Source of the DNA: a virus
Lineage: Duplodnaviria; Caudoviricetes
Length of the DNA: 64,000 nt
IMG/VR virus record: IMGVR_UViG_3300012000_000013
Span: 1,712 to 65,711 of that record
Direction: 5' to 3' (one strand)
Part shown: piece by piece, positions 48,208-58,215 of the stretch
Position numbering within the stretch: the first letter of the stretch is position 1
Layout of the letters: each line of letters starts with the position of its first letter
Made by a program: the position numbers and the translations under genes
The notes under the pieces: generated by a model
Seen by the model: the letters and a program-made list of their open reading frames with translations, nothing else
Databases searched by the model: none
What the model was told of the DNA's origin: nothing

Positions 48208-49866
48208 ATGGCGGTAAAACTTTTTGGCTTTACACTAGGTAAAAAGGATATTGTTCAGGTTGAGAAACCTGAGCAAGCTTCTTTTTCGCTTCCAACCGAA
48301 ACCATTGATGATGGTGCGGTTACTATTACTCAAAATGCTCACTATGGTACATATGTTGACCTAGAGGGTTCTATTCGTAATGAGTTAGAGTTAATTACTC
48401 GTTACCGTGAAATGTCTAACCATCCAGAATGTGATATGGCAATTGATGAAATTGTCAATGAAGCTATTACACATGATACAGATGGCAAGGTTATGGATAT
48501 CAATTTAGATAATCTAAAACAACCTGAAACAATTAAGAAAAAGATTATTGAAGAATTTAACAACATTCAAAAAATGTTAAACTTTAGTAATCTTGCTGAC
48601 GACCTATTCAAACGTTGGTACATTGATGGTCGTATTTACTATCATGTCATTGTAAATGATAAGGCACCAAAAGAAGGAATTAAAGAGCTTCGTTATATTG
48701 ACCCACGCAAGATTCGTAAAGTGCGTGAGATTCAAAAAGACCGTGATTCAAAAACTGGTGCTCAGATTATTAAATCTGTAGCTGAATATTATATTTACAA
48801 TGACCGTGGTACGGCAACACAATCATTTACGGCATCTACAAATCAAGGCTTAAGAATTGCACCTGAGTCCATTATTAATGTGAACTCTGGTTTAATGGAT
48901 GCAAAAAATACATTTGTAATTTCGTATCTACATAAAGCAATTAAAGCTCTCAATCAATTAAGAATGATTGAAGATGCTGTTGTAATCTATCGTTTATCAC
49001 GAGCACCTGAGCGCCGTATATTTTATATTGATGTTGGTAATTTACCAAAAGGTAAAGCTGAACAATATATGCGTTCTATTATGACACAGTATCGTAACAA
49101 GTTAGTGTATGATGCTAATACAGGTGAAATTCGTGATGAACGTAAACATTTATCCATGTTAGAAGATTTCTGGTTACCACGCCGTGAAGGTGGTAAAGGT
49201 ACTGAGATTACTACACTTCCTGCTGGTCAAAACCTTGGTCAAATGGAAGATGTTGAATACTTCCAAAAGAAACTATTACAATCGTTGAATGTTCCAATTT
49301 CTCGCCTTGACCCACAACAAGGTGCAGGCATTATGGGTATTGGTAAAACAACTGAAGTAACCCGTGATGAAGTTAAGTTTAATAAATTTATTAATCGTTT
49401 GCGTAATAAATTCTCTCGTATTTTTGATGATGCTTTGCGTGTTCAATTAGCACTCAAAGGAATTTGTACCACAGAAGAATGGGACGATTTTAAAGAAGCA
49501 ATTTATTACGACTTTAAGAAAGATAATAACTTTGTTGAAATGCGTGAAGCCGAACTTATTCGTGAGCGTGTATTAACAGCAACACAATTAGACCCATTTA
49601 TTGGCAAATATTACTCTAGTAAATGGGTTAAGAAAAATGTGCTTCGTATGACAGATGAAGATATTGAAGAAATGGAGAAAGAAATTGAAGAAGAAGGCAG
49701 CCAACCCGTTCTTGCTGATGGCGAAGAAACCTCAGCCCAAGCAACCAACGCAGACGCAACAAGTCAAGCCGAGGACAACACTCAGGAAAGCAACGGCACG
49801 GAGTCGTTAACTCCTCAGTTGGATGATGCGGTAAATAAGTATGCTTTTAATATAAATAAGAGATAA
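48208..49866 (+). CDS. gp20: portal protein
   Basis: WYIDGR, RAPERRIFYIDVGNLPK-KAEQY, EDFWLPRREGGKGTEITTLP. Confidence 0.97.
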   Translation: MAVKLFGFTLGKKDIVQVEKPEQASFSLPTETIDDGAVTITQNAHYGTYVDLEGSIRNELELITRYREMSNHPECDMAIDEIVNEAITHDTDGKVMDINLDNLKQPETIKKKIIEEFNNIQKMLNFSNLADDLFKRWYIDGRIYYHVIVNDKAPKEGIKELRYIDPRKIRKVREIQKDRDSKTGAQIIKSVAEYYIYNDRGTATQSFTASTNQGLRIAPESIINVNSGLMDAKNTFVISYLHKAIKALNQLRMIEDAVVIYRLSRAPERRIFYIDVGNLPKGKAEQYMRSIMTQYRNKLVYDANTGEIRDERKHLSMLEDFWLPRREGGKGTEITTLPAGQNLGQMEDVEYFQKKLLQSLNVPISRLDPQQGAGIMGIGKTTEVTRDEVKFNKFINRLRNKFSRIFDDALRVQLALKGICTTEEWDDFKEAIYYDFKKDNNFVEMREAELIRERVLTATQLDPFIGKYYSSKWVKKNVLRMTDEDIEEMEKEIEEEGSQPVLADGEETSAQATNADATSQAEDNTQESNGTESLTPQLDDAVNKYAFNINKR

Positions 49867-50081
49867 TGGAGAATAACATGACAGCAGAAACATTTATTAA
49901 TCAGTTAGCTTCTGGACAAGCTGCTGATGCAAAAGAAACATTAGCAGATTTATTGTCTGCTCGTGCCTTTGAGGCACTAGATGCTCGCAAGCAAGAATTG
50001 GCAACAGCATTGTTTGGTGGGCAACAAGAACAACCTGAAGTTGAAGTGCAAGATACGGAAGACACAGAAACGGAAGTTTAA
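49866..50081 (+). CDS. gp67: prohead core protein gp67-like (true start may be ATG 49878)
   Basis: Small acidic ORF right after the portal; TATAAATA at 49851-49858. Confidence 0.6.
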   Translation: MENNMTAETFINQLASGQAADAKETLADLLSARAFEALDARKQELATALFGGQQEQPEVEVQDTEDTETEV

Positions 50082-50866
50082 TGAAGTCCATTAAAGATTT
50101 TAGAAACATTCTATTAGAAGAAGAAAAATCAGACTATAAACAGTTTGACCAATTAGTTCGTGCTGGTTTAGCCAATAAAGCACAGATACAAAAAATTCAT
50201 CGTGTTTTAGACAAGATGAAAGAAGATAAACCAGTATTAACATCCGTTGATAGAGCAATTGTGCAAGATTTGTTAAATAAAATGGTAGATGTTGTTACCA
50301 ATAATAAACAAATCTTTCAACAAACTCGCCGGGCTGTAAGAGAAGATATTGTTGATACTTCAGATTTTAAGATTGATAAGACTGGTCGAAAGTATAAAGC
50401 TCACCGAATTAAACTTGGTGACACACCTGCAGCTGATGGGTCAGTTGAGTTGGCAAAAGAAGAAGTGGTTCAATTAACAGAAGCACAAGACCCACCTTTT
50501 GTATTGGTATTGAAGCGTAAAGCAATTCGTTTGTATCCTGATGGTACTAAAATTGCTTTGTATCATAATGACCGATTAGACAAAGATTTTGCTGTACCTT
50601 ATGCAACATCATCTCAACCTGTTATTCAGGCTGAAGCAGTTGATGCAATCGGTCAGTTACAAAAAATTAAAGATTCTCATCAACACGGCACAGTAAACCA
50701 TAAAGATGGTTCTGCCAGTAAAGTTGATGTTCAAACTGCACACGCTGTATTAATGGTGCATAAGAATTTGAATGATGAGAACAAAAAAAAATTTGCTGAT
50801 ATGGTGGCAAGGTCTGCACATCATATGCAAAAAGCAGCCAACTTTGCTGTTAGTAAAATGAAATGA
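50081..50866 (+). CDS. probable internal head/prohead core protein
   Basis: In the head operon; several L/I/V-x-E gp21-type cleavage motifs (LLE, VRE, LTE). Confidence 0.6.
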   Translation: MKSIKDFRNILLEEEKSDYKQFDQLVRAGLANKAQIQKIHRVLDKMKEDKPVLTSVDRAIVQDLLNKMVDVVTNNKQIFQQTRRAVREDIVDTSDFKIDKTGRKYKAHRIKLGDTPAADGSVELAKEEVVQLTEAQDPPFVLVLKRKAIRLYPDGTKIALYHNDRLDKDFAVPYATSSQPVIQAEAVDAIGQLQKIKDSHQHGTVNHKDGSASKVDVQTAHAVLMVHKNLNDENKKKFADMVARSAHHMQKAANFAVSKMK

Positions 50867-51303
50867 GTTTTGTAGAGCTAATTGCAAAAAACAAACTTAT
50901 TGAGGCAAAAGAATTTATATTCAATCGCCTTGATGAAATTACTGCTGACTATTTGGCAGAAGAAAAAGAATTTGTAGGTAGAAATACTTATGTTGAAGTA
51001 GAAGAACAATTAGACGAGGCCTCAACGAATGTGATTAAAATGGGTCGAGTCAAAAAGATTCGCCGCCGTATTCGTAGAAATGCACAAGGTAGAATTATTG
51101 TTCAAAAGAATATAAGAAAGTCTGCAATAAAAGGTTACAGAGTATCAGGTAGCACAGTTAAAAGAATACCTGCTATTGAAAGAATACAGAAAGCAAGAAA
51201 ATTAAAAAGGTACTGGAAGACAAAAGGTAAAGCAAAATTGCGTAGAACATTACTCAAAAGAAAAATGTCTATCAGACGCCGAACATCCATGGGAATAAAA
51301 TAA
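50863..51303 (+). CDS. gp68: prohead core protein gp68-like
   Basis: Acidic N-terminus with LDEA, very basic C-terminus (KRKMSIRRRTSMG). Confidence 0.7.
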   Translation: MSFVELIAKNKLIEAKEFIFNRLDEITADYLAEEKEFVGRNTYVEVEEQLDEASTNVIKMGRVKKIRRRIRRNAQGRIIVQKNIRKSAIKGYRVSGSTVKRIPAIERIQKARKLKRYWKTKGKAKLRRTLLKRKMSIRRRTSMGIK

Positions 51304-51304
51304 A

Positions 51305-51655
51305 ATGCCAATAGAAATTTCAAATACATTAAGGTCAGTTTCGGTTGTTCGTGTTGAAGGCACTGGCACCTACTATGCTAATCTTATTTCTTTAGCAGCC
51401 AATAGTAATGAAGTTGTTAGTGCTGCTAACATTAAACGGATTAACTGGTCAACAAACGGTAACATTACTATTGTTCGCAATGGCAATGTAATTGGTACAT
51501 TCCATAATGCAGGTGAAATTAGATGTGATGAGTGGGCATATTCAATTGCAAACAACAACACATCTAACGTAGTCATTACAATTACAACAGGCGGAACATT
51601 ATTTTTAGAGTTATCTAAATCTGCTAATTACACAACACCACTAACAGGAATGTAA
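51305..51655 (+). CDS. hypothetical beta-rich head-region protein
   Basis: 116-aa ORF between gp68 and gp21. Confidence 0.65.
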   Translation: MPIEISNTLRSVSVVRVEGTGTYYANLISLAANSNEVVSAANIKRINWSTNGNITIVRNGNVIGTFHNAGEIRCDEWAYSIANNNTSNVVITITTGGTLFLELSKSANYTTPLTGM

Positions 51656-51656
51656 T

Positions 51657-52307
51657 ATGAAACTTATTACAGAAAGAATAGAACAAGTTCAGTATATTAC
51701 TGAAGCTTCTGAAAACGGCAAAAAGAACCTGTATATCACGGGTCCTTTTTTAGTTTACGACAAACCAAATAAAAACAACCGACTTTATACCAAAGATACT
51801 CTATCTAAGGAAGTTGGTCGTTATAATGAGGAGTTTGTCAAAACAAATCGTGCCTTAGGTGAATTAGGTCATCCTGATACCCCATCTATTAATTTAGAGC
51901 GTGTATCACATAAGATTGTTTCACTTGAGGACAATGGTGAGGCATTCATTGGTAAAGCGATGATTTTAGAAACACCCTATGGTCAGATTGTTAAAAACTT
52001 TATTGATTCTGGTGTTAACCTTGGAGTATCTTCTCGTGGCATGGGTTCACTCACGCAAACAAGAGAAGGTTATAACTTGGTACAAGATGATTTCAAATTG
52101 GCAACGGCAGCTGATATTGTAGCAGATCCATCTGCTCCAGGTGCATTTGTCAATGGGATTATGGAGAACAAAGAATGGTTATTTGTTGATGGTCGTTTTG
52201 TAGAGGCCGACATTGATTCAGCAAAAAGACAGATTAGACAAGCATCACGCAAAGACATAGAACAGGTTGCCTTAACCTTGTTTGAAAACTTTATCCGAAA
52301 ACTTTAA
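51657..52307 (+). CDS. gp21: prohead protease
   Basis: RALGELGHP, GVSSRGMGS, DIVADPSAP-AFV-GIME. Confidence 0.96.
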   Translation: MKLITERIEQVQYITEASENGKKNLYITGPFLVYDKPNKNNRLYTKDTLSKEVGRYNEEFVKTNRALGELGHPDTPSINLERVSHKIVSLEDNGEAFIGKAMILETPYGQIVKNFIDSGVNLGVSSRGMGSLTQTREGYNLVQDDFKLATAADIVADPSAPGAFVNGIMENKEWLFVDGRFVEADIDSAKRQIRQASRKDIEQVALTLFENFIRKL

Positions 52308-52310
52308 TTT

Positions 52311-52318
52311 TATAAATA
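52311..52318 (+). promoter_or_regulatory. late promoter TATAAATA for gp22/gp23
   Basis: Exact consensus followed by AAGGAG SD. Confidence 0.85.
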
Positions 52319-52340
52319 GAAAATCATAAGGAGATTCCTA

Positions 52341-53372
52341 ATGGCATCAAACAAATTATTTGAGGCAGCCGCAGAAATTCTTGCACAAAGCAAGAGTGCT
52401 GCACCAGCTATGCCTACACAAAAACTAGATGGCGAAATTATTGACTTGGGTGGACCAACACCACAAGACAGTAAGCCAACTGACGATTCTAATAAAATCG
52501 ACACAACAAAGGGCGCTAAATCTGCAGCTGCTCCAACAACGAAGCCATCTGCCGCTTCTGCCAAAATGGAAGAAGCAGAGTCCAATGAAGAAATCATTGC
52601 TGAAAAAATGCATGATGACGAGAAAAAAGAAATGATGAAGAAAAAGATGAAAGAGGACATTGACGCCCTTTTCGCTGATGATTCTACCATTTCAGAAGAA
52701 TTCAAATCCAAAGTTTCTACAATTTTTGAAGCTCGTGTCCAAGACCGTGTTACTCAAATTGAAGAAGAAACCGAAGAGCGTTATGCTGGTATGCTTGAAG
52801 AAGCAGTTGAGTCTATCAAGCAAGATTTGACAGAGAAAGTTGACGACTATCTATCTTACATTGTTGAGCAATGGATGGAAGAAAACCAAATCGCTATTGA
52901 ATCTGGTCTCCGTTCTGAAATGACCGAAGATTTTATTGCCGGTTTACGCAATCTATTTGCAGAGCACTATATTGATGTGCCTGCAGAAAAAATCGACCTC
53001 GTTGATGAGTTGGCTGGTAAAGTTGAAGAACTTGAAACCAAACTCAACGAAGAAATCGAGCGTGGTGTTAGCTATGCTAAGGCATTAGTTGAATCTCGCA
53101 AAAAAGAAATTACTGCCGAAGTATGTGAAGGTCTCATCGCAACTCAAGTTGAAAAAATCAAATCACTCGCAGAGAGTGTTGAATTCTCCACAGAGGACGA
53201 ATACAAAGAGAAACTTGAAACAATCCGTGAGAACTATTTCCCATCTGGTGTTAAAAAAGCCAGTGAAGCACAACTTCAGGAAGAAGTAACTGATGGCTCA
53301 GAGAAGCAAGTCGTTTCTAACGACCCTTATGTTGCCGCAGTTGCAAACGCAATTTCTAAAACAAAAATTTAA
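52341..53372 (+). CDS. gp22: prohead scaffolding protein
   Basis: SEEFK..IFEA, VDDYL-Y.VEQWMEEN..AIE-GLR-E. Confidence 0.93.
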   Translation: MASNKLFEAAAEILAQSKSAAPAMPTQKLDGEIIDLGGPTPQDSKPTDDSNKIDTTKGAKSAAAPTTKPSAASAKMEEAESNEEIIAEKMHDDEKKEMMKKKMKEDIDALFADDSTISEEFKSKVSTIFEARVQDRVTQIEEETEERYAGMLEEAVESIKQDLTEKVDDYLSYIVEQWMEENQIAIESGLRSEMTEDFIAGLRNLFAEHYIDVPAEKIDLVDELAGKVEELETKLNEEIERGVSYAKALVESRKKEITAEVCEGLIATQVEKIKSLAESVEFSTEDEYKEKLETIRENYFPSGVKKASEAQLQEEVTDGSEKQVVSNDPYVAAVANAISKTKI

Positions 53373-53394
53373 TTAAACTCTAAGGAGAAACTCA

Positions 53395-54741
53395 ATGTAT
53401 TTGTCCGAACAATTACAGAAAAAATGGGAAGGCGTTCTGGATCATCCAGATATGCCTGCTATTAAAGACCCATATCGTAAAGCAGTAACAGCTGTCGTTC
53501 TTGAAAATCAAGTTCAAGAAATGGCTAAAGCTGGTAACATCCTTCAAGAAGCTGGTTCCCCAACAAACTTTGCTGGTACAGGCGGTTTTGGTGGCAGTGC
53601 AGCTGCTGCAGGCCCTGTTGCTGGTTTCGACCCAATCTTAATCAGCTTGGTTCGCCGTTCGTTGCCTAACCTCATCGCTTATGATATTTGCGGTGTTCAG
53701 CCAATGACTGGTCCAACAGGTTTGATTTTTGCTATGCGTTCACGCTATGCATCACAAGGTGGTACAGAAGCATTCTACAACGAAGCCAACACAGGTTTCG
53801 CTGGTGCAAACGGTGGTGGCGCTCAAATCGCCCTTAGCATTCCTTCTGATACTGCTGCTAACAACACATTTGCTGGTAATGCTGCTGCAATCGCTGCTAT
53901 GACCACAGGTAGTGCTGAAGCTTTAGGTGATGGCGCATCTGGTAATACATTCCAAGAAATGGCATTCTCTATTGAGAAAGTTACTGTAACTGCAAAGACT
54001 CGTGCTTTGAAGGCAGAATACTCATTAGAACTCGCTCAAGACTTGAAAGCAGTTCATGGTTTGGATGCAGAAACAGAATTGGCAAATATTTTGTCGTCTG
54101 AAATTCTTGCTGAAATTAACCGTGAAGTTATCCGCACAATCTATGGTGTTGCTAAGTTGGGTGCTCAAGTTGGTACAACAACTGCTGGTACATTCAACCT
54201 CGACACAGATTCCAACGGTCGTTGGATGGTTGAGAAGATTAAAGGTTTGGCATTCCAAATCGAGCGTGAAGCTAATACAATTGCCAAGACAACACGTCGT
54301 GGCAAAGGTAACGTTCTAATCTGCTCTTCTGATGTTGCATCTGCTTTTGCAATGGCAGGCTTGTTAGATTATAACTCTGCTCTCCAATCTCAAGTTAACC
54401 TCACAGTTGACGATACTGGTAACACATTTGCTGGTACAATGTTTGGTCGTATCAAGGTTTACATCGACCCATACTTCACCACAAATTCTACCAATGAGTT
54501 TGCTGTTGTTGGTTACAAAGGTACAAACGCCTATGACGCTGGTATTTTCTACTGCCCATACGTTCCATTGCAAATGGTTCGTGCAGTTGATACTGGCACC
54601 TTCCAGCCAAAGATTGGTTTCAAGACCCGTTACGGTCTCGTTGCCAACCCATTTGCAGAAGGTACATCACAAGGCCTTGGCGCATTGACTGTTCAATCCA
54701 ACAACTACTACCGTGGTTTCCGGATTTACAATTTGATGTAA
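53395..54741 (+). CDS. gp23: major capsid protein
   Basis: GVQPMTGPTGLIFAMR, RALKAEY-.ELAQDLKAVHGLDAE, FYCPYVPLQM, FQPKIGFKTRYG. Confidence 0.98.
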   Translation: MYLSEQLQKKWEGVLDHPDMPAIKDPYRKAVTAVVLENQVQEMAKAGNILQEAGSPTNFAGTGGFGGSAAAAGPVAGFDPILISLVRRSLPNLIAYDICGVQPMTGPTGLIFAMRSRYASQGGTEAFYNEANTGFAGANGGGAQIALSIPSDTAANNTFAGNAAAIAAMTTGSAEALGDGASGNTFQEMAFSIEKVTVTAKTRALKAEYSLELAQDLKAVHGLDAETELANILSSEILAEINREVIRTIYGVAKLGAQVGTTTAGTFNLDTDSNGRWMVEKIKGLAFQIEREANTIAKTTRRGKGNVLICSSDVASAFAMAGLLDYNSALQSQVNLTVDDTGNTFAGTMFGRIKVYIDPYFTTNSTNEFAVVGYKGTNAYDAGIFYCPYVPLQMVRAVDTGTFQPKIGFKTRYGLVANPFAEGTSQGLGALTVQSNNYYRGFRIYNLM

Positions 54742-54767
54742 TTAAAAACTCCAACAAGAGAGTTCTT

Positions 54768-54796
54768 AAAGAGGCACTTCGGTGCCTCTTTTTTTT
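54768..54796 (+). terminator. Rho-independent terminator with cUUCGg loop
   Basis: AAAGAGGCAC-TTCG-GTGCCTCTTT followed by T run, after gp23. Confidence 0.92.
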
Positions 54797-54813
54797 GGCG
54801 TATAAATAGTAGT

Positions 54814-55365
54814 ATGACAGCAATCACAAGAAACCCAGCCAATCCAAATTACTTACACCCTAATAAGTTTCAATTAAACTTTAGTAGGGCATCCAATGTG
54901 CAATACTTTTGCCAATCAGTAAGTGTGCCTGGCATCTCCATGTCTGAAGTTCCACAGAATACTCCTTTTGTTGACTTGTATAGACCTGGTGAAAAAGCCA
55001 TTTATGACTTACTGAATGTTACCTTTATTGTTGATGAACAATTAAAAGCATGGTTAGAAATACATGATTGGATCCGTGCTATGACTTTTCCAACAGATTT
55101 TAAAGAATACCAAAATTTAAGTTTGTTAAGTAAACAAGCTGGCATAAGGCAAGAATTGGGAATTGGTGCCCAATATTCCGATGCTACAGTTACCATATTA
55201 TCATCGGCAAATAATCCAACTCACCGATTTAAATTTTATGAAGTATTCCCTACAACACTATCTACATTTGTAATGTCGGCATCTGATACTCCAGACAGTA
55301 TCATTACTGCCGATGCCACATTCAGATATTCCTATTATGATGTTGACATAGTATCACAAAACTGA
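54814..55365 (+). CDS. gp3: tail tube terminator / completion protein
   Basis: NYLHPNKF, YFCQSV-VPG, FIVDE, EIHDW, YSDAT; TATAAATA at 54801-54808. Confidence 0.88.
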   Translation: MTAITRNPANPNYLHPNKFQLNFSRASNVQYFCQSVSVPGISMSEVPQNTPFVDLYRPGEKAIYDLLNVTFIVDEQLKAWLEIHDWIRAMTFPTDFKEYQNLSLLSKQAGIRQELGIGAQYSDATVTILSSANNPTHRFKFYEVFPTTLSTFVMSASDTPDSIITADATFRYSYYDVDIVSQN

Positions 55366-55371
55366 TATACT
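55343..55371 (+). promoter_or_regulatory. sigma70-type promoter upstream of uvsY
   Basis: TTGACA - 17 nt - (TG-n)TATACT, followed by AGGAGG SD. Confidence 0.85.
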
Positions 55372-55390
55372 CCTGAAAGGAGGCTTTGGT

Positions 55391-55825
55391 ATGAATAAAC
55401 TTGATGAATTATTAGAATTGTGGGCAAAAGATTCTGTTATTGATAGAACAGAACCAGGCAAAGAACTCACAAACATTCCACAATTACATAGTAAGTATTT
55501 GAATATACTTTCACGGCATCGCCTATTGGCAAAAGAAGCCGAGTTCAAGTATAACAAATTAAAACGAATTAAATGGGAATATTATACAGGTAAACTAGAT
55601 GATGATACTCTTAGACAATATGGATGGGAACCATTTCCATTTGTATTGAAATCTGAAATCAATACCTACTTTGAAAGTGATGATGACTTAAACAAATTAG
55701 TGGCATCAAAAATGATACACGATGAGATTGTAGATGCTTGTCAAAGTATTTTGAAAGAACTGAATAGTAGAACCTACCAGCTAAGGGATTTTATTTCCTG
55801 GGAGCGGTTCATACAAGGAATTTAA
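55391..55825 (+). CDS. uvsY: recombination mediator
   Basis: W-KDS-ID, IPQLHSKYL, EYYTGK, precedes uvsW. Confidence 0.9.
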   Translation: MNKLDELLELWAKDSVIDRTEPGKELTNIPQLHSKYLNILSRHRLLAKEAEFKYNKLKRIKWEYYTGKLDDDTLRQYGWEPFPFVLKSEINTYFESDDDLNKLVASKMIHDEIVDACQSILKELNSRTYQLRDFISWERFIQGI

Positions 55826-57289
55826 TTGGATATTAGACTAGAGAAAGTCAATGAAGCTTTTATTCGTGTTCAATCAGAAAGAAATATAGCTCAAGAACTT
55901 TCAGATTACTTTACTTTTTTTGTGCCAGGTTATCAATTTACACCTGCATACAAAGCACGATATTGGGATGGAAAGATACGCCTATTGGATTTACGAACAA
56001 TGGGCCTGTATCATGGCCTTGTTCCATACATTCAAAAGTTTGCTGAAGAACGGCAATATCAAGTAGAGATTGATTCAGAGGTAACTGCTACTGAAAATTT
56101 CTCAATCAAAGAAGCCAAAGATTTTATTGAAACACTTAATCTTCCACATGAAGTGCGAGATTACCAATTAAATTCTTTTGTTCATGCAATACGAAACAAA
56201 CGAATACTTCTATTATCTCCTACGGCATCAGGTAAATCTCTTATTCTTTATTTGATACTCCGTCAAATACAAGATTCAGGCCACAAGAAAGGTCTATTGA
56301 TTGTTCCAACCACATCATTGGTTGAACAAATGTATAAAGACTTTCAAGATTATGGATACGATTCAGATAAACATTGTCACCGACAGTATGCAGGTAAAGA
56401 CAAAGTTACAGATAAGTTTCTAACGATTACCACATGGCAATCTATCTACAAGAACCCACCAGAGTATTTTGAACAATATGATTTTGTTCTTGGTGATGAA
56501 GCACATCAATTCAAAGCCAAATCACTCACAACGATTATGTCTGGCACAATTAATGCCAAGTATCGTATTGGTTGCACAGGTACATTAGATGGTACTCAAA
56601 CACATCGCCTTGTGTTAGAAGGTTTATTTGGTCCTGTTTATAGAGCCACTTCTACCGCAGAACTAATTCAAAACAAACAATTAGCAGATTTCAAAATCAA
56701 ATGCCTTATATTAAAGTATCCTGATTCTGTTTGTAAAATGGCTCGTGATTGGGACTATAATACAGAAGTTGAATATATAGTTATGAGCGCTGCTAGAAAT
56801 GAATTCATTAAGAACCTAGCACTATCTTTAGAAGGTAATTCTCTTATTCTTTTCCAGTTTGTAGAAAAACATGGCAAAGATTTACATTCAATTATCAAAG
56901 AACAAGCAAAGAATCGCCAGGTATTCTTTGTTTACGGAGGAACAGATGTTGAAGTCCGTGAATCAATTCGTGCTATTACTGAAAAAGAAAAAGACGCTAT
57001 TATTGTGGCATCTTATGGCACTTTCTCTACTGGTATTAACATTCGCAATCTACACAATATCATCTTTGCAAGTCCTTCTAAGTCTAGGATTCGTAATCTG
57101 CAATCTATCGGTAGAGGTTTACGGATAGGTGATGATAAAACTGAAGCCACATTATTTGATATCTCTGATGATTTCCGTATAGGCAAATTTACCAATTACA
57201 CCTTGAAACATTTCGTAGAACGTGTTAAAATATACGATGATGAAAAATTCAATTACAAGTTTTATAACATAGACCTAAAAAATGGATAA
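55826..57289 (+). CDS. uvsW: SF2 DNA helicase
   Basis: WDGKIRL, SPTASGKS, DEAH, LQSIGRGLR; TTG start. Confidence 0.95.
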   Translation: MDIRLEKVNEAFIRVQSERNIAQELSDYFTFFVPGYQFTPAYKARYWDGKIRLLDLRTMGLYHGLVPYIQKFAEERQYQVEIDSEVTATENFSIKEAKDFIETLNLPHEVRDYQLNSFVHAIRNKRILLLSPTASGKSLILYLILRQIQDSGHKKGLLIVPTTSLVEQMYKDFQDYGYDSDKHCHRQYAGKDKVTDKFLTITTWQSIYKNPPEYFEQYDFVLGDEAHQFKAKSLTTIMSGTINAKYRIGCTGTLDGTQTHRLVLEGLFGPVYRATSTAELIQNKQLADFKIKCLILKYPDSVCKMARDWDYNTEVEYIVMSAARNEFIKNLALSLEGNSLILFQFVEKHGKDLHSIIKEQAKNRQVFFVYGGTDVEVRESIRAITEKEKDAIIVASYGTFSTGINIRNLHNIIFASPSKSRIRNLQSIGRGLRIGDDKTEATLFDISDDFRIGKFTNYTLKHFVERVKIYDDEKFNYKFYNIDLKNG

Positions 57290-57698
57290 TATAAAAATAG
57301 TAAGACTGCAATCAGGTGAAGATGTTATAGCAAATTATACTGATGATGAAGAAGGCTCAATTACTTTAACAAACCCAATGACTTTGATGTTTAAAAGAAT
57401 GCCAACTGGCAGAGCTGTAATGATGATGAGTCCTTGGTTACCTTTAGAATTAGTTGAAGATAATGTTGCTAACATATATGCTCAAGACATTCTTTCCGTA
57501 TTTCAACCAAAACAACACATTATTGATTATTACAATACAACGGTAACAGAAGTTGAAGAAGATAGAAAAAATGATGAGATGGATGAACTGCATGATATGG
57601 AAGAAGATGATTTGGAGATGTCAGTAGAGGAAGAACAAGAAGCTATGGAAGAATTAAAACTGCTTCGTCAGGATATTAAGAAGAAGCTTTTACACTAA
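57282..57698 (+). CDS. conserved T4-like protein, Sm-like N-terminus with acidic tail
   Basis: IKIVRLQSGEDVIA...NP...PW; position after uvsW. Confidence 0.6.
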   Translation: MDNIKIVRLQSGEDVIANYTDDEEGSITLTNPMTLMFKRMPTGRAVMMMSPWLPLELVEDNVANIYAQDILSVFQPKQHIIDYYNTTVTEVEEDRKNDEMDELHDMEEDDLEMSVEEEQEAMEELKLLRQDIKKKLLH

Positions 57699-57768
57699 AC
57701 TTGCAAACGGAACACCGCTACTATAACATTGTCAAGCGATAAATGAGGCAAATGTAGCATAAGAATGG

Positions 57769-57795
57769 TGCTTTTTCTGGAAAGTATGATATAAT
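57769..57795 (+). promoter_or_regulatory. early/middle-type promoter (TGCTTT box + extended -10 TGaTATAAT) for the gp55-gp47-gp46 operon
   Basis: TATAAT at 57790-57795, MotA-box-like TGCTTT 15 nt upstream. Confidence 0.65.
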
Positions 57796-57801
57796 GATTG
57801 T

Positions 57802-58215
57802 ATGTTAGAATATAATGAACAGAACCTACAAACAGTATGCGAGGTTATTAAACGAAACCTTACACCAGATTTGTTGCCAAAAAAATGGATAATTAGAAAC
57901 GAAAGTAATCCGGCCTTTGGCCATTGTCATAATGCCTCTGGTTGTTTGTATAAGATATTTGGTTCTAAACAATTAAGTTTGTACCGAGGCTTTGATGGTG
58001 AAATATATCATTGGTGGGTTCAAGATAAAGAAGGTAAGATAATTGATTTAACTTCAGAACAATACACAAGTATTGGTAAAGTACCACCTTATGATAAAGC
58101 CGAGAAGGCAGGTTTACTTGGCTTTGAATATAAAAAAAGAGTTCTTAAATTGCATGACAGAGTAGTAAATGAATTGAGCGGTAATAAATTAGGATTATTA
58201 AATCATTATGAGTAA
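57802..58215 (+). CDS. hypothetical protein with possible Cys-His-Asp triad (YunG/transglutaminase-like)
   Basis: GHC...HWW...IDLT-EQY pattern. Confidence 0.55.
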   Translation: MLEYNEQNLQTVCEVIKRNLTPDLLPKKWIIRNESNPAFGHCHNASGCLYKIFGSKQLSLYRGFDGEIYHWWVQDKEGKIIDLTSEQYTSIGKVPPYDKAEKAGLLGFEYKKRVLKLHDRVVNELSGNKLGLLNHYE

